Origin: Aneurinibacillus sp.
GTDB taxonomy: Bacteria > Bacillota > UBA5301 > DYFA01
Length of the DNA stretch: 64,000 nt
Direction: 5' to 3'
Assembly (NCBI GenBank): GCA_020725425.1
Contig: DYFA01000045.1
Coordinates: forward strand, 4,051-68,050
Shown here: positions 63,332 to 64,000 of the stretch, one piece after another
Numbering within the stretch: position 1 is the stretch's first letter
How the letters are laid out: each line of letters begins with the position of its first letter
The notes under the pieces: generated by a model
What the model saw: only the letters and a program-made list of their open reading frames with translations
What the model was told of the DNA's origin: nothing
The model's database searches: none
Made by a program: the position numbers and the translations under genes

Positions 63332-63916
63332 CTAGTTTGAGCTTGCCTGCTCCGCCTGATTCTCTCGGGCTGACCTGCGCCTCCGCCGAAACCGGCGCAC
63401 CTTCAGCAGGTTGCCGCAGCCCCGGGCGTCACACCAGCGCCGGGTGCGGCTCCGGCTCTCGTCGTAGAAGACCCATCCGCAGTCGGGGTTCTCGCAGACT
63501 TTAATCCGCCGGGGATCGTGGTGAACCAGGAGTTCGACGAAGGAAGCGGCGATCTCCCCCAGGACCCAGTCCCAATCCTTCTGCAAGGGCACCTGCTCAA
63601 CCCGGTACCCCGCCTCGCCGGCGCGGGTCACCCGCTGGACGGTGGGCGTCTTGGCCAGCACAGCGTTGAGCGCAGCCAGGTCCTGTTCCGAAGGGTGGCG
63701 CCCGGTGCTGAAGTCCTCTGACAGCCGTCGGAGCAGGGAGCGCAAGGCCCGGAGGTCATCCCGGCCGGCCCGGTCCGGCAGGCCGACCGTTTTCCAGCCC
63801 CAGCGGGACAGGAATCTGTCCAGCCAGCTGGGGTCCTCGATCCGGTCCTCGCTTCGGCCGCTTCCCCGGTAGTCGTGCCAGTCGCTGTTCAAGAGTTCCA
63901 GGAAGGCGAACTTCAC
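63332..63916 (-). CDS. CGNR zinc-finger (ABATE-domain) putative regulator
   Basis: 194 aa. The C-terminal motif is CENPDCGWVFYDESRSRTRRWCDARGCGNLLKVRRFR. Confidence 0.85.
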   Translation of the reverse strand: MKFAFLELLNSDWHDYRGSGRSEDRIEDPSWLDRFLSRWGWKTVGLPDRAGRDDLRALRSLLRRLSEDFSTGRHPSEQDLAALNAVLAKTPTVQRVTRAGEAGYRVEQVPLQKDWDWVLGEIAASFVELLVHHDPRRIKVCENPDCGWVFYDESRSRTRRWCDARGCGNLLKVRRFRRRRRSARENQAEQASSN

Positions 63917-63940
63917 CGTTCGTAACTCCTGTCCGAGTTA

Positions 63941-63969
63941 TTGACTGTTACAGCAACGCGTTCTATACT
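63941..63969 (+). promoter_or_regulatory. Sigma-A-type promoter TTGACT-N17-TATACT reading out of the window; the -10 is embedded in the palindrome CTATAC-TGA-GTATAG
   Basis: The -35 is at 63941-63946 and the -10 at 63964-63969. The palindrome spans 63963-63977. The mirror-image TATACT could serve the divergent CGNR gene. Confidence 0.55.
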
Positions 63970-64000
63970 GAGTATAGCTCTCGTAACTACCTATGTGTCA

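Overview
Very GC-rich chromosomal segment (third codon positions almost all G/C). Gene content suggests an anaerobic, spore-forming Firmicute-type bacterium; that is an inference. I support about 70 genes and saw no rRNA, tRNA, CRISPR array, transposase, integrase or phage genes. Many long ORFs in the track are out-of-frame or antisense shadows typical of high-GC DNA. Several track starts are too far upstream, and I re-set them from Shine-Dalgarno (SD) spacing and stop/start overlaps.

Layout, left to right:
1. 1-9506: a spore-coat-type locus. It has four CotS-family kinase paralogs (one degenerate, with an acidic repeat tail) plus a GT4 glycosyltransferase, a PHP phosphoesterase, a phosphoglucomutase and an NDP-sugar pyrophosphorylase.
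2. 9395-11619: a decayed signalling pair, namely a histidine kinase with no phospho-acceptor His and a 5'-truncated HD-GYP remnant.
3. 11767-18015: arylpyruvate fermentation genes (paaK, iorAB). They are interrupted by a LysM/beta-lactamase-like gene, an MprF-flippase-domain membrane protein and a glutaredoxin-like gene. That last gene is full-length only if an in-frame TGA at the first Cys of CxxC is read as selenocysteine, and a SECIS-like hairpin follows the TGA.
4. queT.
5. 18699-25838: an alpha-glucan cluster, GT4-GH57-GH15-debranching enzyme.
6. 25863-49970: a 24-kb run of 25 genes on one strand with no assigned substrate. It contains two paralogous PotABCD-type importers, four AstE/AspA-family deacylase paralogs in two tandem pairs, creatininase-family, DUF362, cupin, racemase-family, HpcH aldolase, Fe-ADH, split transketolase, DUF1537 kinase plus PdxA2, and GntR and XRE-cupin regulators.
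7. 50100-54720: an extended trkA/trkH operon behind a sigma-A promoter, a roughly 200-nt structured leader and two look-alike terminator hairpins. This is a riboswitch/attenuator candidate.
8. 54739-59612: a tightly coupled DegV / PIG-L / six-hairpin glycosidase-like / ParA-like operon.
9. DUF1786, LysE, glpX, a 96-aa orphan and a CGNR zinc-finger gene.

I consider the selenoprotein recoding site, the large uncharacterised catabolic cluster and the trk leader the most interesting items.
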